64,000 bases of DNA from the human T2T-CHM13v2.0 reference genome, Homo sapiens. The stretch lies in NCBI RefSeq assembly GCF_009914755.1, contig NC_060926.1; one strand, given 5' to 3'. The notes beneath the pieces were generated by a model that saw only the letters and a program-made list of their open reading frames with translations, searched no databases and had not been told where the DNA came from. Shown here piece after piece: positions 27,687 to 41,177 of this stretch (position 1 is its first letter; each line of letters starts with the position of its first letter). The translations under genes and the position numbers were made by a program.

Positions 27687-28324
27687 GTGCCAGGTCACCC
27701 AGTGGCAGTGGCAGTGCCTGGCTAGTGTCTGGGCCTCCTGAGCTCCACAGAAGCCTGATGCAGAGAGACCCCTGATCCTCAACCAACTCCCACTGCCCAG
27801 TCTCTGATTTGCTCAGAAACTTGCAGAGTCAGCAGCTATCAGCCACCAAGTTGTAATTAACTCTTCCTGGAGTCATGAAAAACTGCCGTTTCCTTGTTGG
27901 CTTTTAGGTCCAGTGTAAACAGCCCTTCCAGAGCCTTAGTCCAAGTCTTGGAAACCCTAGAGAGAAGCAATGGGGACCCTCGGGGAGCAGAGGGTTCCTT
28001 CGTGATGATCCTCCACTGCCTCAGGTTATCAAACAAATCCCCATCCAGGTTATTTTCATCTGCCGGCTCCTGTAGCCTGGGTAGTGAGACCCCCAGGTGC
28101 ACTTCGGGAGATCTTCCTGCAGGGTCTAGAGGGAGGACCTCTCATTCAGCAAGAAGTGAGCCCAGGCCCCGCAGCCTCTCCCTGAGAACTTGGCAAGGTC
28201 CACATGGGCTGGGCGGTGGGGAGGCTGGGATTCTCTCCAAGATCACCCAGATTTCTTTGCATAATGTTAGGTGGTGATGGAGTAGGGTCCTGAAAACCAG
28301 GGGTGCTGATGGCTTCATCCATAC

Positions 28325-28746
28325 AATGGGTCAAATTGTCCCCCGGCACCCCCAGATCTGTCTACGTCCTCATCTTCAGAACCTGTGAATGTGATTTTCT
28401 GTGGAGAAGGATCTTTGCAGATGTAATTACATTAAGGGTCTTGAGACAAGGAGATCATCCTGGATTAGCCAGGGGAGCAAAAATCCAATGAAATGTATCC
28501 TTGTAGGAAAGCAGAGGGAGATTTGAGAATACAGAGAAGAGAAGACACAGGAGTGGGGGCCATGTGACCAGGGAGGCAGAGCTCGGAGTCGTGTGGGCTC
28601 AGATTCTCCCCTAGAGGCCTGCGGGGAGCATGGCCTTGCCAGATTTCCAGCTTCCAGCCTGCAGGATGCTGAGACAGTAAATCCTCACCGTTTTAAGCCA
28701 CCAAGTTTGTGGTGATCTGTTACAGCAGCTTCAGTAAACACATACA
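28325..28746 (+). mobile_element. MaLR LTR, MLT1C/D-like
   Basis: CAGAACCTGTGAATGTGA...GATCTTTGCAGATGTAATTACATTAAGGGTCTTGAGACAAGGAGATCATCCTGGATTA...TTTTAAGCCACCAAGTTTGTGGTGATCTGTTACAGCAGC. Confidence 0.82.
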
Positions 28747-28821
28747 ACCTGCATAACTGGGTGCCTGGTAAGTAGGACTTTATGTAAATCTCTGTCATTG
28801 AATTCACATTATCCTTAATTT

Positions 28822-29440
28822 TTTTTTTTAATTTGAGATAACTGTAGATTCACATGCAGCTGAAGAAACACTACAGAGTGATCAGGGTGCCTTTCACTTT
28901 GTTTCCCCTGAGGTACTGTCTTAGGTAACCACATGACAAATTATAGCCATGAACTTGACCTCAGTACCATCCACACACACAGTTCGGATGTCACCAGTGT
29001 CACACGCACTCACCTGTGTGTGTGTTTATCTCTGTGGCACTTTACCCCCTGGTGTAGGTTTGGGTAGCCAGCACCACAGTGAAGGCACAGAACCGTCCGT
29101 CCATCTGCAGATCGCTGGTGCCGCCCTTATTAGCCACGACTAGCTCCTTGTTCCCCTCACACCCCGTGTCTGCTAACCCCTCCCTAGCGCCATCACTTTG
29201 TCATTTCAAGAACGTTATGTCAAAGGACTCATGCCAGTTGTCCTTATTTTTAGTAGAGACAGGGTTTCACCAAGTCGGCCAGGCTGGTCTTGAGCTCCTG
29301 ACCTCAAGTGATCCAGCCGCCTCAGCCTCCCAAACTGCTGGGATTACTGGTGTGAGCCATTGCGCCTGGTCCACTAATTTTTATTTTAGCCATTCTGACA
29401 GGTGTGTGGCTATATCTCACTACAGTTTCAATATAATTAG
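28822..29440 (-). mobile_element. L1MC-like 3' fragment containing a lone Alu left arm (29245-29372)
   Basis: TTTGAGATAACTGTAGATTCACATGCAG...TGTCATTTCAAGAACGTTAT resembles L1MC. The Alu left arm is TTTTTAGTAGAGACAGGGTTTCACC...GAGCCATTGCGCCTGG. L1 sequence resumes at TTTTAGCCATTCTGACAGGTGTG. Confidence 0.7.
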
Positions 29441-30074
29441 TTTTTTGTTTTTCTTTTAAATCTTTCTTCTTTATTCAACTGTTGGTCTTCCTGGGGAGCA
29501 ACCGTGGCTTATTCTTTTCTGACCATACTCCCCAGCTTAGTGGCAGTTTATTCAATTTTATGTTTAATGTCAATGTTTAAGGGTAAACAAGGCCAGACTG
29601 GACTGGCCACCAGGTCCCTTAGAGTCTCTCTGTAAGACCTCTGACTCTGAGAAGTGTGCACTGATCCCTGTGACAGGCAGCTGCAAAGGAGAAAAACAGG
29701 CGAGGCTCCGTGAGTCGGCTGGGTGCCAGGTGAGGTGACACTGAGAGCGTTATGTGGGTGGCTGCCTTCCCTCCTCTCGCTGGGTAGATAGTATTTTACC
29801 CCAGTTTTATAGATGAGGAAAGGGAGGCAAAAAGAGGTGAAGTACAATAAGCTATGGTTTATAACGTTGAGTTGCTTTCACTTTAGTTAAGGAGATGAGC
29901 ACATTAACTATTGAAACACGCAAGAGATCATGGCACAGGGTTTGAGAACATCACTGGCGTGGTACTAGGGCCTCTGGAACAAGGTTGCACAGAGGCGGGG
30001 GCAGTGTGCCTGTCCTGTTCTTGACCTTGGGAAGGACGGCTCCTGCTTTTTTGCCTGTAGTATGGAGATGTAGC

Positions 30075-31525
30075 CCTCCAATATCAGCCCTTCTTGCACT
30101 GGAAAGCTATACATATTCCTGAAGTCTTAGCTTGACCTGCATCCATAAGTTTTGACAGACCTTATATCAAATTTTTGATATGCTATAGCTTTTTCATCAT
30201 TTTTCAGTTCTGAGAATTGAAAAATTCTAAAAATGTCATTAAAGTTGAATTCATGACAACTGGGGCATTTATTTAGAAATGTGGTTTTACATTTCCAAAT
30301 TAAATTTACTATAGATTTCTAACATTATCGGATTTATGGTAAGAAAAAGTAGTCTACTTTAAACTGATTTTTAAAAAATTTGTGAAAATTTGATCTAGTA
30401 TTGGTGGACATTCTTATAAATGTTGCATATGTACTTGGGAAGAATGTATATTTTCTAACTGTTGAGTGTAGGATTCTATATATTTTCATTAGATCTAGCT
30501 TGCATTATTCAGAGTTTTTACACTGTTGCTAATTCTGTGTTTACCTTTACAATTACTGAGCGAGGCATATGAAAATTTACTATGATGGTGGATTTATCAT
30601 GTATTCTCTTTGAATTCTACCGGTCCCAGTCTTACAGATCTTATGGTCATGTTATTAGGTTTATTTTGTTTAGAGTTTTTATGTCTTCCTGGTGAACTAA
30701 GCTTTTGTCATTCTTTGGTAGTGACTCCTTTTATTTCTCATAATATTTTAGCCTTCAAATATATGGAAAAATAAATTCGAAGGCTAAAATACTAATATAT
30801 TTGTCTTTATATACATATATAATATACACATATAATGTTTGTCTGACATATGTTTTACAACTTTTTATTCACATAAGTTTTAAATATCTCTAAACAGCAT
30901 AAAGCTGGATTAAAATTAAAACATTGGATCTGACAGTTTGATTACCTGTTAAATTTTGCCCATTTATATTTTTTGTGATTGCTGATACATTTTAAATTAT
31001 TTTTTCCATCTTATTTTGTGATTTCTTTTTGTTCTAAATATCCTATATTTTTCTGCCTTATTTTGAATTGATTACATATTTAAAATCCATATTCTGTCCT
31101 CTGTCTTTCAGAATTAGACAAAACACAATCTATGTTTATCCCTCTGATGGTGACCCTTAGAATTTTAGCATACAAACTTAACTCAGGATCTAAACTTAAT
31201 TGAAAGACCTACAGCCCTCCTGAACAATTTAAGGAGCTGAGAATATCTTTTACTTCATCATATTGCCAATAGTCTTACTGATTATTGCCAATAGTCTTAT
31301 TGATGTTTTATTTCTGTCCTTTGCCCAATTAGGATTTATTGTAATGTAACTTTCATGTCAATGTTTATTTAGATTTCTCTATATTTTTATTCTTTTTGCA
31401 TTGCTTTTTCTTGTCACTAAGCATCTTTGTTCTAGAATTATTTTCCTTTTTTCCTAAACAGCTTCCTTTACCGTTTCTCTAGTGATGGGACTTCTGGTGG
31501 CAAAATCTTGCAGTTTCTATTTAAG
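30075..31525 (-). mobile_element. Ancient L1M internal fragment (AT-rich)
   Basis: Sharp drop in GC. TGTACTTGGGAAGAATGTATATTTTCTAACTGTTGAGTGTAGGATTCTATAT and CAATTACTGAG...ATGGTGGATTTATC are typical antisense old-L1 ORF2-region sequence. Confidence 0.65.
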
Positions 31526-34500
31526 AGTCTAGAACGCGGAACATGTGACTGGGTATAAGGAGCCATGGGACTGGTTGGATAGATGAGAGAAGTAACTCTC
31601 CAGTGACTGTTACCCTGAGGATTATCTAAGGGCACTGTAAGCACTTGAAAGAAGGGATGGATTCCTTCCTCCCTGGAATTCCCAGTCTGTGCTTGACAGG
31701 CCAGTGGAGAGACCACTGGGTACCGGTCTCCGCCACCCTTCCAAACATGTTCAGGGTGAGGGTTATCTAAAGAAAAGATTGTAATCTGGCTCTTCCACAC
31801 AGCGGGGACTCCTCTCTACTCTCCAGGGTGCTGAGCTGAATTTCTCACTCCTTAGTAAGTTCATCTGATCTCTTGCAGGCCCCACCCTGATTTTGGCTTC
31901 TGGTGCCCAGTCTCTTGCAGACCAGCTCAGGCACTGACCATGTGAGAATTCCTGAGGCCCAAGTACAAGTCCTGGCCCTACCTTTAATACCATCACTGAC
32001 CAGGAACGACTCTCGGAGGCTTTCAGAGCATCTTGTTCCTAACCCACTCGAAGGAAGTCATCTCCTGGGTGGTTTCTGGGCCCCCTTTGACCTTGACTCC
32101 CCATGTGTCCACTTTCTGGGTTTATTAGTCCCTTCAGCATGAAGAAGCAGACTGGCCCAGACCTGTATCTTGAAGGTGATTCTAGGTAAGAGCATTAGAT
32201 TGAAAGGACATTGGTGAAATCCTGTAAACTGAACCCAGAGTGTTCAACATTTTTGTCCTTCATGAAGACTTCCATGAATACAATGAAGATAGAAAAGGAA
32301 AAGCTTGAGTTGTTTGAAATCATGTAATGTAATTGTCTTTCCCAGAAACTGACTGTCGTTTTCTCTTACGCACAGCGGGTTGAGGTATGGAATATGAATT
32401 GGATGAGATGTTTATCTCTGATGAATACATGTTGACTGGTGTGAGTAATTGCTGCCTAGGAAAAGGACTTTAATCTCCTTCATACCTCCTGGTAAATTCT
32501 GCTGATTTAGTAGGAGGAAGGAAAATTTAGAGACAATTGGGTGTGTTGGAAATCAACTTGGTCAGCACAATAGCCCAGAAGTCAAGAATTGAGGAGTATT
32601 TCCAGGCTTACCATTGACTCTCTTGGATCACATCAGTTAATAATTTCTATTACTACTCCGAGGCACTCATGAGCAGCAGAAATCACCTCTGTCAAAATAG
32701 CTCTGTGAATGAGGACCCAACTTTTGCCACCCGTGCCCTTGGTCCAATTTTAGGAAAGGAGGGCTTCACTCTTGTGTGAAGGGAAAAAAAGGCCCTGCTG
32801 TGCTATTAGAGACCTGGATTTGAGATTCACTTGAGCCCTAGCTCCAGGACCAAGGGAAGCCACTTATTCTCAATCTGAATACATTTTTAAAACACTTCTA
32901 GCCATTTTTAGTAGAAATACATTTATTTTATGATACATTAAACCTTTTTGTTTTGGATAAATTGAGAAGGATGAATAGTGAAATGGATATGCCACTTGCA
33001 GGACAACTTTGTGGACACAATACCTAGTAATTTTTAGAACAGATGCTTCTAATTGAAGTATGAGAGAGTGCTCAAATGGCAAGGGAAATCTCTGAAATGA
33101 TGAAACCTCTGTGTAGCCACCACCTACATCAAGAACCAGATCATTGCCAGGAACCCAGAAGACTTTTTTCATGCCCTTTTCAGTTCCCACCTCCCCACCA
33201 CACCCTCAAAGATAACCATGATTTTGCCTTTGAACAGTTGAACCCGCTTTGGGTGAATGGCATCACACATTGCATATTCTCTTAACTCTAGTGGTTTTCA
33301 CTTAGCGTTTTGTTTATGAGATTTATCTGTGGTGGGTGTAGCAGCTGCTTGCCAACTGTGTGTTTCCATGAAATGGGCACAATAGCCCTTACGGATAGAG
33401 TTCTGCTGGGGATTGGGCTGGGGAAGGCACAAGAGGCAGGGAGAGGTGGGCTTGCAGACACACGGGATGAGCATGATTGTTCTTCAGCCGAGGGTGCTCA
33501 GTAACCCGCAATCCTAACTCACACAGACACTGGAATTTAAGCCTCAGTATTAAGGCTTTTAAGACTCAACCAGATCCTTCATGCTCCAACTGGCTCATCA
33601 GGAAGTTCAAAGCAGATTTTTCCAGCATGCGCAGAGGACTCTGGGAAAACTTCCAGGATTCCTGAACCAGGCGGAAACTTCAGAGCTGTCAGACACTGCT
33701 GCGCCTCCTCCTGCTGCTGCCTGGCTGCTGAGATTGGTGCATCTGGATGAATCTGATGTGTATGTTTTCATTCCTTTCCTTCCAGAACCCTTGGTAAAGA
33801 AAGTACACAGAGGGATTCATGAGTGCTTGGCCAACTCCAAGGTCCTGGGAGGACATGAACCAGTGACTTTGAATGTGATGCTGAGCCCAGCAGGGAGCCA
33901 GTATGACTCTCCCCAAATCACAAGTGAGACTCAGAGGCCCCACTGGGCTCCCACATGGACTCAGGCCACCGTCTTTGCTTAGAGGACGCAGCAGAAAGAC
34001 TTGGCTCATTTTCCAGGGGCAGACTTGGAGAGTTCTGGCAGGTCCATACATTTCAACTCCCTCCTCCCACCACAGCAGGCCTGCTCTTTTATGTATCCAA
34101 TGGGAATATTTTTCATTATCTTCCCTCTCAATTTAATTAATCCACATTCCGTAATGAACCTTGAAATTTCATTAAACACATCATTACTAATCAGCACAGA
34201 GCTGGTGGTAGTTGGCATCTTCTTGCAGCCATGCAGGATGTTTGGCTGTGCCAGGTGCTGTCATCTGACTCTGGGCCTGGGGACTCCCTCCTTCTCCTGC
34301 AGAGCTAGGGCTCAGGACCATTCCTGAGTGGCCAGGGTGGCTCTGGCCAGGATGCTACACTGGCCCCTCCCGCAAGGCTGGGGAGGTTGGTCTTGCAGTG
34401 GGCGGCTGTACGGCCTTTTGTGGAATCGTGGTGGCTCAGTAGAGGCTGTGAGGATGACGGTGGATGGTGTCTCATGAAAGCAGGTGTGGATGACATCACA

Positions 34501-36368
34501 GCAGTGTGGGGGGATTCCCACGATGCCCTTCTCTGAGACTCAGTTTCTGAGGGTATCAGCTTCATCAGCTCTCTCCTACTCCCTCCTATAACAGCACCCA
34601 TTGGCCATGATGCCAGTGGGTCTGGTGTCACGTGGGCACAGGGGAGGTGCTGGCACCGAGTGAGAGCGCCTGTGAGTGGTTGGGGCTATTCCTGGCGGGC
34701 CCACAGCTGCCTCCCCCGTGTTTCCTGTACCACTTCCTGCCTCGGCCACCATCTTTCTCCAGTTGTGAACATGTGGCCCAGAGACAGCCACCTCCTGGCA
34801 AGCTCTTCCACTCCTTGGCCCATTTCTTCCTCCCGTTTTCAACCCTGGATGAAACCCCAGCCCCAGGAGAAGCCACCTCTTCCCCTTCCCTGGAGTCGTT
34901 CAGACTCCTGGCCATAAGCCTCAGTGGGGCCGCCTGCCCTAGGCTCATGGGTCCCTGCGGGGTGTCTCCTGTACCCTCCTCCTCCCCTCACACTTTCCCC
35001 TCCCTCAGGTTCAGAGGTGCTCCCCTCCTCTTTCTCTGAGGAGATGGAAGCTTCCAGAAGCCCCTGCATTCCTCCTGTCCTCGATCTGCAGGCCTGCCCA
35101 CCGCCTTCCCTCCTGTCACCTGGAAGGAGTGTGACAGCCACCAAGGCCACCCTCTGCCGTCCGGAGCCCAGGCCCCTCTCTTCCTTTCCTGAGAGCATGG
35201 CGCTGGCAATCATCTCTGGTCTCTTGTTTATGGGGTTACCCCCACCCTCGGACAGAGACAGCGACGCCTACCTCCCAGGGAAAAACGCCTGCCCCACATC
35301 ACCCTCCAGTTAGGACCCCTCCCCAGCGCCATGCCCCTGCCCTGAATTCTGTGTCCAGCCCCTGCTCCCTGTGGCTTCTGTCCCACCCCCCAGCCTTCCA
35401 TGGAAACTTCTCTGCCTGGGGACTTCAAAGAGCCACATGTGACAAAAGCCGGCAGCTTTCCCAACTGTGACCCAGCCTCTCAGAAGCACCCTCCAGAACC
35501 AGCCCTGCCTCCTCGGCTCCCCTGGCCCCGTGCCCTTGGTGGTCCTGCACACTTCCAGCCTTCTGAGTTGGACCTAAGGTTTGGACAGAGCCCATCTCCC
35601 TCTCTCCCAGGATTGATCCCTGTCCAGTCTCCACCTCTGCCTGGACATGTCCAGGTGCTGCCCTCCCTGCCCCGTGGGGGCCACTAGCTGCTCTCACAGT
35701 CCTGACACATTGAACAATTCCTTCCTCCAAGTGTGGCCCTGTTGGGGAGAATGGTGGGCGGGAACCTGTGTGACTCCCACTAAGATTGGGGTTCTAAGCC
35801 TGATTTTAAGGCTCTAATGAAAGTGGTAAAAGAAAATCCATTTGCCAACAATTTCAGGGGCTTCCCAATCGCCAAAGGAGCCCTTGGGCCACAGGCATGG
35901 CAGATGCTGCCCTATTGTGTCCAGACCCACTTCCTGGCCTGTGTGCCCACCCGCCCTCTGTTGCGAGTGTCGTCTGCCCTTGGCCACGGCCATGAGGGGC
36001 TGTGGGGGGTGCTGAGCAGTTACTCTCTCCACCTCCCACCCTAATGGTGCCCGTAGCCAACCGCTGACCCTCTGACCAACACGGGGTTTAACAACCCAGC
36101 CTCCTTGCCCCTGAGCAGGACAAACTGTGGTGAAATTCACACTGTGGAGCTCCCATGGTTTCAGGCTGGGCTGGGTGTGCCCTGGACCTGAATTTTTGCC
36201 CAACCTCTTCCTATTCCCACCCGTCTGGGTTTCTCCTGGGAGTCCTCCTTCTATGAATCTCCTGCACAAGGGCCCTGATTCAGGCTCAGCTGGTGGGGAC
36301 CCTCACCGAAAGCAGCAGGCGAAGACCCTTCACTGAGATGCCCTGTGTGACTGCACTGAAGCAAAAGG

Positions 36369-36600
36369 CACAGGGGCTGTGCACCACCACCAGGGAAGCT
36401 GACACCCCCTGGGAAACCAGTGGCATCACAGGGGCTGTGCACCACCACCAGGGAAGCTGACACCCCCTGGGAAACCAGTGGCATCACAGGGGCTGTGCAC
36501 CACCACCAGGGAAGCTGACACCCCCTGGGAAACCAGTGGCATCACAGGGGCTGTGCACCACCACCAGGGAAGCTGACACCCCCTGGGAAATCAGTGGCAT
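36369..36600 (+). repeat. 58-bp minisatellite, 4 near-identical copies
   Basis: CACAGGGGCTGTGCACCACCACCAGGGAAGCTGACACCCCCTGGGAAACCAGTGGCAT x4, with one substitution in the last copy. Confidence 0.97.
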
Positions 36601-36617
36601 CTGCACCAGGCTTTTCA

Positions 36618-36726
36618 GTTGCAGCGCAAAAGCAGCCTCAGACCACAGCTGAATGGATGGTGTGGCTGTGTGCCAATAAAACTTTATTGACAATAACAGG
36701 CACCTGGCCATAGTTTTCAAAGCCCC
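36618..36726 (+). mobile_element. MER58A (hAT-Charlie) fragment
   Basis: AGCGCAAAAGCAGCCTCAGAC...GTGTGGCTGTGTGCCAATAAAACTTTATT...GGCCATAGTTT. Confidence 0.75.
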
Positions 36727-36787
36727 ATTCCAAGTAATATGTCCCTTTAGAAGTGGGATTGTGCTTTGTTATTGAAGTATCCCAGAT

Positions 36788-37138
36788 ATAGTCGGCCTTT
36801 CATATATGTGGGCTCTGCATCCGTGGATTCAACCATGGATCAAAAATATTGGGGGAAAAACAATAAAAAATAACAATACAACAATAAAAAACAATATATA
36901 TAAGGAAGCCAATAAAATATAAGAACGGTTTATATGGTATTTCCATTGTTGTGAGGTATTATAAGTAATCTAGAGAATCTAGAGATGATTTAGAGTACAT
37001 GGGAGGATGTGAGTAGGTTCCCTGCAAATCCTATGCCATTCTATATCAGGGACTTGAGCATCCCAGGATTTTGGTATCTACGGGGGGTTGGGGGTGTCTT
37101 GGAACCAATCCCCTATTGGTGCCAAGGGAAGATTGTAC
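36788..37138. mobile_element. MER2 (TcMar-Tigger) DNA transposon relic
   Basis: TCTGCATCCGTGGATTCAACCA...AAGTAATCTAGAG...GGGAGGATGTG...GGGACTTGAGCATCC...GGATTTTGGTATC...GGAACCAATCCCC. Confidence 0.82.
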
Positions 37139-38194
37139 TCTTATCACAAAATCAAATGCATATTATGTGTCAGGTCACCACTGTCACCTGCTCAGCTACC
37201 TCAAGCTACTTCCCCAGTTCTCCAGCCCAAGGCTCATTCAAACCCCTGCCATTTAGAGGCTCACTGCTTTGAGAGGATAAACTGCAGAGCACACAGGACC
37301 TGAGAGGTGAGAAGTGTCCCTGCTAATACACTAGAGAAAGATTTCAGGGCAGGGCATGACCACAGAACCCTGTATCCAAGGACCATCTGGTCTGGGGCTT
37401 GCCTTCAAGCATATGTCATCTGTCCCATGTAACATATCAGTCCCATGTAAAATGCCTGGCCCGTTGTATGTCAGTCCCATCCGAGGTGTCAGTCCCCTGT
37501 GAGACATCAGTCCCATATAGGTGTCATGGGGTGGGACACTTGATCCTGCATCTCAGTGTCGTGCCGTTCCTGTCATGGTGGGGATGTGACATTCGAACTT
37601 CTGAGAAATGAATCCTAAAGTTGAAGATTGTTTTGAGACCGAGAACTTTTAGCAAGAAAGTCCACCTTGTTTCTGAATAATTTCCCTGGAAGAAAAAGGG
37701 AGGGAAGTGAGGCAGAGCCCCGCTTCCCAGCTCCAATCCCTTCCTGGGATCAGAGGGTCCAGGTTGCGCATGGCTACCATGGGCTCTCAGGCCATCTGCC
37801 CGCTATGGGCTGCACTCTGGGTTATGTTTCAGGCTCCCAGTGTGGGTGGACAGAGACACACTGCCGTTGTTTTCTTTGAAAGTCACTTTACCCAACGACA
37901 AGCCGTCAAGGGCGACGGCACGGCTCTACCTCCCCCCTACTCCTCCCGCACCTGCTAACCTCACTGGGCACTTTCAGTCTGAGGGTGGAGAGGCAGGAGG
38001 GAACGTGCTTTCTGTGGCTTGTCTGATGATTCAGACCTCAGAGGAAGATGAGGTGAAGGTGGGTCTGAGTCAGGTCTGAGAGGCGGGCAGAGCCTGCCTT
38101 GGAGGATGAACACTCCGTTCAGGGGAGCTGGGCCCAGCCGGTTGCAGGCAAGGTGTGTCTTCCTGCTGTCTCAAGCTGAGCACCCCTGAGAGAA

Positions 38195-38603
38195 ATGGGC
38201 CCTGCTGAGCTAACATCAAGTCATCAGCAGGGCTGGTTCCTCAGGAGGCTCTAGGGGAAAGTAGGTTTTCTGGCTTTTCCAACTTCCAGAGGTGCCCACA
38301 TTCCTTGGCTGGTGGCTCCCTCCCCCATCTTCAAAGCCAACAGAGCAGCACCTTCACATCTCTCTCGCCTCTGCCTCTATGGTCACACCTCTTTTTACTA
38401 CTGTGAGCCTCCTGCCTCGCCTTCTCCCTTATAAGAGCCCTTTGATGGCATCGAGCCCACCTGGCTAATCCAAGATAACCCCCCACCTCAGAATCGCTAA
38501 CTCAATCGCATCTGCACAGTCCCTTTGCATTGCGAGGTCACATATTCGCAGGCTGCGGGGATGAGGACGTGCACATCTTTCCAGGACCATCACTCTGCCC
38601 ACA
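38195..38603 (-). mobile_element. MaLR LTR, MLT1C/D-like
   Basis: GCAGGGCTGGTTCCTCAGGAGGCTCTAGGGGA...CACATTCCTTGGCTGGTGGC...ATCTTCAAAGCCA...GCCCACCTGGCTAATCCAAGATAA...CATCTGCACAGTCCCTTTG. Confidence 0.78.
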
Positions 38604-39735
38604 AGAAGGTGTGGCAGGATAGAAAGCCCTGCGTGAGGGTCGGTGCCAGGAGGCGAATGTGAGGATCTTGTCGGGTGTGGAGTACAGACAAGCCCAGCGG
38701 GTTCAGATGGGATGATAGCATTTGCTGCAGCTGCGCAGATCTGAAACTAGAGCCCTTCCTCTCTCCTGTGTCTTGTGTCTCTGCTTTCCTTCCCTGCTGA
38801 CTGTGGACGCATGCTGGGTGGGGGAGAGGCAGCTGAGGACCCAAAACCCTCTTTCTTTCCCAAGCTTCACAGGAGCCCTCCAGCCTTCCAGACCTCCCTC
38901 CCTGCTGTAGTAATCCCTAATAACCATGAGTTCACCTCCCTGTAAATGAGCATTTGCTGATTTCCTTCTGTGTATCTTCCCACAGTGGTGGAAAGCAAGT
39001 GTCCCTCTGAGTGGTCACTGTATTATCTCTCTGATTGCCTCAGACCCCCGCATTTACTCCTCCTTTTCTACCTATGGGTCTTGAGTTAAAGCCACATCTG
39101 CGTGACTCTCAAGTCTCAGGGGCATTTTGCCCCAGGCATGCACACCATCCTGTAGAACATGTGCAACTGCACAGAGCTGGACAGAATGTGACCACTGCTC
39201 CTGAACTGAGCGATGCCACGGGGAAGACGGTGCAGTGCGAGGTAGGACCACACTTGCCACCTGGGCCAAGTGGGAGCGACTCTTTCTATCCAGAGAACTT
39301 AAACGCTCCTTCCACGGCCATAGAAAACAGAAGGCTGAGAGCACCAGAGACAGTGCAGCTGCCAAAACAAAGTCCCAGTGGGCTCAGCTTGGAGGATGAA
39401 GACCTGCAGGGCTGCTGGATCAGGCAACCAACATTTTGTAAGATGACATTGAAAATAAACAGTGATTTCATGAAAACCACTGAAGGAAGACTCTGGTGGG
39501 TGTGTAGGGAAAGCATTAAGAACAAACGCTCAACCAAAAGCTGAAAATGTATTTATTGCACCAAAGGCCTTTCAAAACCCTTCCAGATGACCCAGCCTTG
39601 GTGCTTTCTTCAAAAAGGTAGAAGAGGGACCCTGCCCCTGCCCCTGTGAGGAGAACGGGACCCTTAAACAATCCTGCACAAAAAGTGGCTGGTTTAATTT
39701 AGTAAATGCTATAACTTGTATCTGCCTCAATGAAT

Positions 39736-39766
39736 CACACACACACGCACACACACACACACACAC
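39736..39766 (+). repeat. (CA)n microsatellite
   Basis: CACACACACACGCACACACACACACACACAC. Confidence 0.95.
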
Positions 39767-39825
39767 TGGGGATGTTTGCTGTATACAAAGGAATGCTCTG
39801 ATAGATGATGAGACTGATAAAGCCT

Positions 39826-40185
39826 TGTCTTCATCCATTCAGGTTGCTATAACAAAATACCATGGCCTGGGCAGCTTACAAACCACAGACATTTGTCTCT
39901 CATAGTTCTGGAGGCTGGGAAGTGCAAGATCAAGGTGCCAGCAGATTTGGGGTTTGGTGAGGACCTGCTTCCTGGTTCACAGATGGTGTCTTCTTCTTGT
40001 GTCCTCATATAGTGGAAGGGGCGAGGGAGCTCTCTGGGGCCTCTTTTAGAAAAGCACTAAAGCCATTCATGAGGGCTCTGCCCCCATGACTTCATCACCT
40101 CCCAATGGGCCACCTTCTAACACCTTCAACTTGGAGGTTAGGATCTCAACAGATGAATTTTAGGGGAACACATTCAGACTATAGC
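39826..40185 (-). mobile_element. MaLR LTR, MLT1A0-like
   Basis: GTTGCTATAACAAAATACCAT...CATAGTTCTGGAGGCTGGGAAGTGCAAGATCAAGGTGCCAGCAGATTTGG...CACATTCAGACTATAGCA. Confidence 0.88.
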
Positions 40186-40552
40186 AAGCCTCAGTTGAAC
40201 TTTCTGAATCAAATTTAGTTGAAGAGTGTCTGTGGGGCTTCCTTTGGGAGAAGGAGCAAAGGGAGCTTCCTCCTTCTTTTGGGAGATCCCTCTGCATGTC
40301 TCCGCGGGGCCATTCCTGTCCACCTGGGGAGGCTGCGTCATCTTCATGGTATTTTGGAGAGTCATTACAAGTTCAAAGGGCAAAGCAAAGTATCCAGGCT
40401 TATTGACTGATTGATGTATAGATGGCTAAGGATGGCCTTTTCATCTGATGGCTCATCTCTATGGTTCTGTGTCAGAGAAGATGAAAAATAGGACTTTCCC
40501 AAGCACTCTGGCCGGGCTGTGCTATGGAGCTTACCCTGCCACCATTCCTTCT

Positions 40553-40900
40553 AGTTACGGACTGAATGTTTGTGTTGCCTCAAAATTCATACATCCAACC
40601 TAACCACCAAGGTGATGGTGTAGGAGGTGGGGCCTTTGGGAGGCAATTAGGTCCTCAGGGTGTAGCCTCACGAATAAGAGCAGTGCTCTTACAAAGGGAC
40701 CTCAGGGGGCTGCCTCCCCTTCTGCAGGCACAGCAAAAAGGCACTGTCTGTGAACCAGGATGCGGGCCTTCCTCAGACACGAAATATGCCAGCGCCTTGA
40801 TTTTGGACTTGCAGGCTCCAGAACTGTGAGAAATGAGTGTCTGCTGTCTCGACTGCCCAGTCTACAGTAACTTATTAGAGTAGCCAGACTGATGGGGACA
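40553..40900 (+). mobile_element. MaLR LTR, MLT1A-like
   Basis: GGACTGAATGTTTGTG...AAAATTCATAC...GGAGGTGGGGCCTTTGGGAGG...TGAACCAGGA...CCTTGATTTTGGACTT...CCAGAACTGTGAGAAAT. Confidence 0.82.
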
Positions 40901-41177
40901 CTTCACCTTAGATGCAGAGGCTGAAGAGGCAGTGGTTTTAGCAGATGCAGTTCCCTGGGGGGTCACAAGGACCCTCAGTGGATTGCTGGTTCCTAACCTT
41001 ACCCCCTAGCACCTGTTGAGCCTCATCCCTGGAAATCAGCCTGAGGCCACGTTTCTGGGCTGCTCCCTCAGTGGGGTGCAGTCCCAGGGCAATGACAGGG
41101 AGGGGTGAGGGCTGGGGGAGGAGAGACAGCAGAGCGGGTGCCAGGGTTCCATGACCCAGCAGCTCCAGTCTTGGGAG

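Noticed and set aside
31260-31305. Short 22-bp tandem duplication (TATTGCCAATAGTCTTA..) and degenerate repeats at 26220-26345 and 37415-37520
   Set aside because: Small slippage products with no further structure.
39826-40900. Two oppositely oriented MLT1A LTRs
   Set aside because: Opposite orientation and high divergence rule out a proviral LTR pair or a recent duplication.
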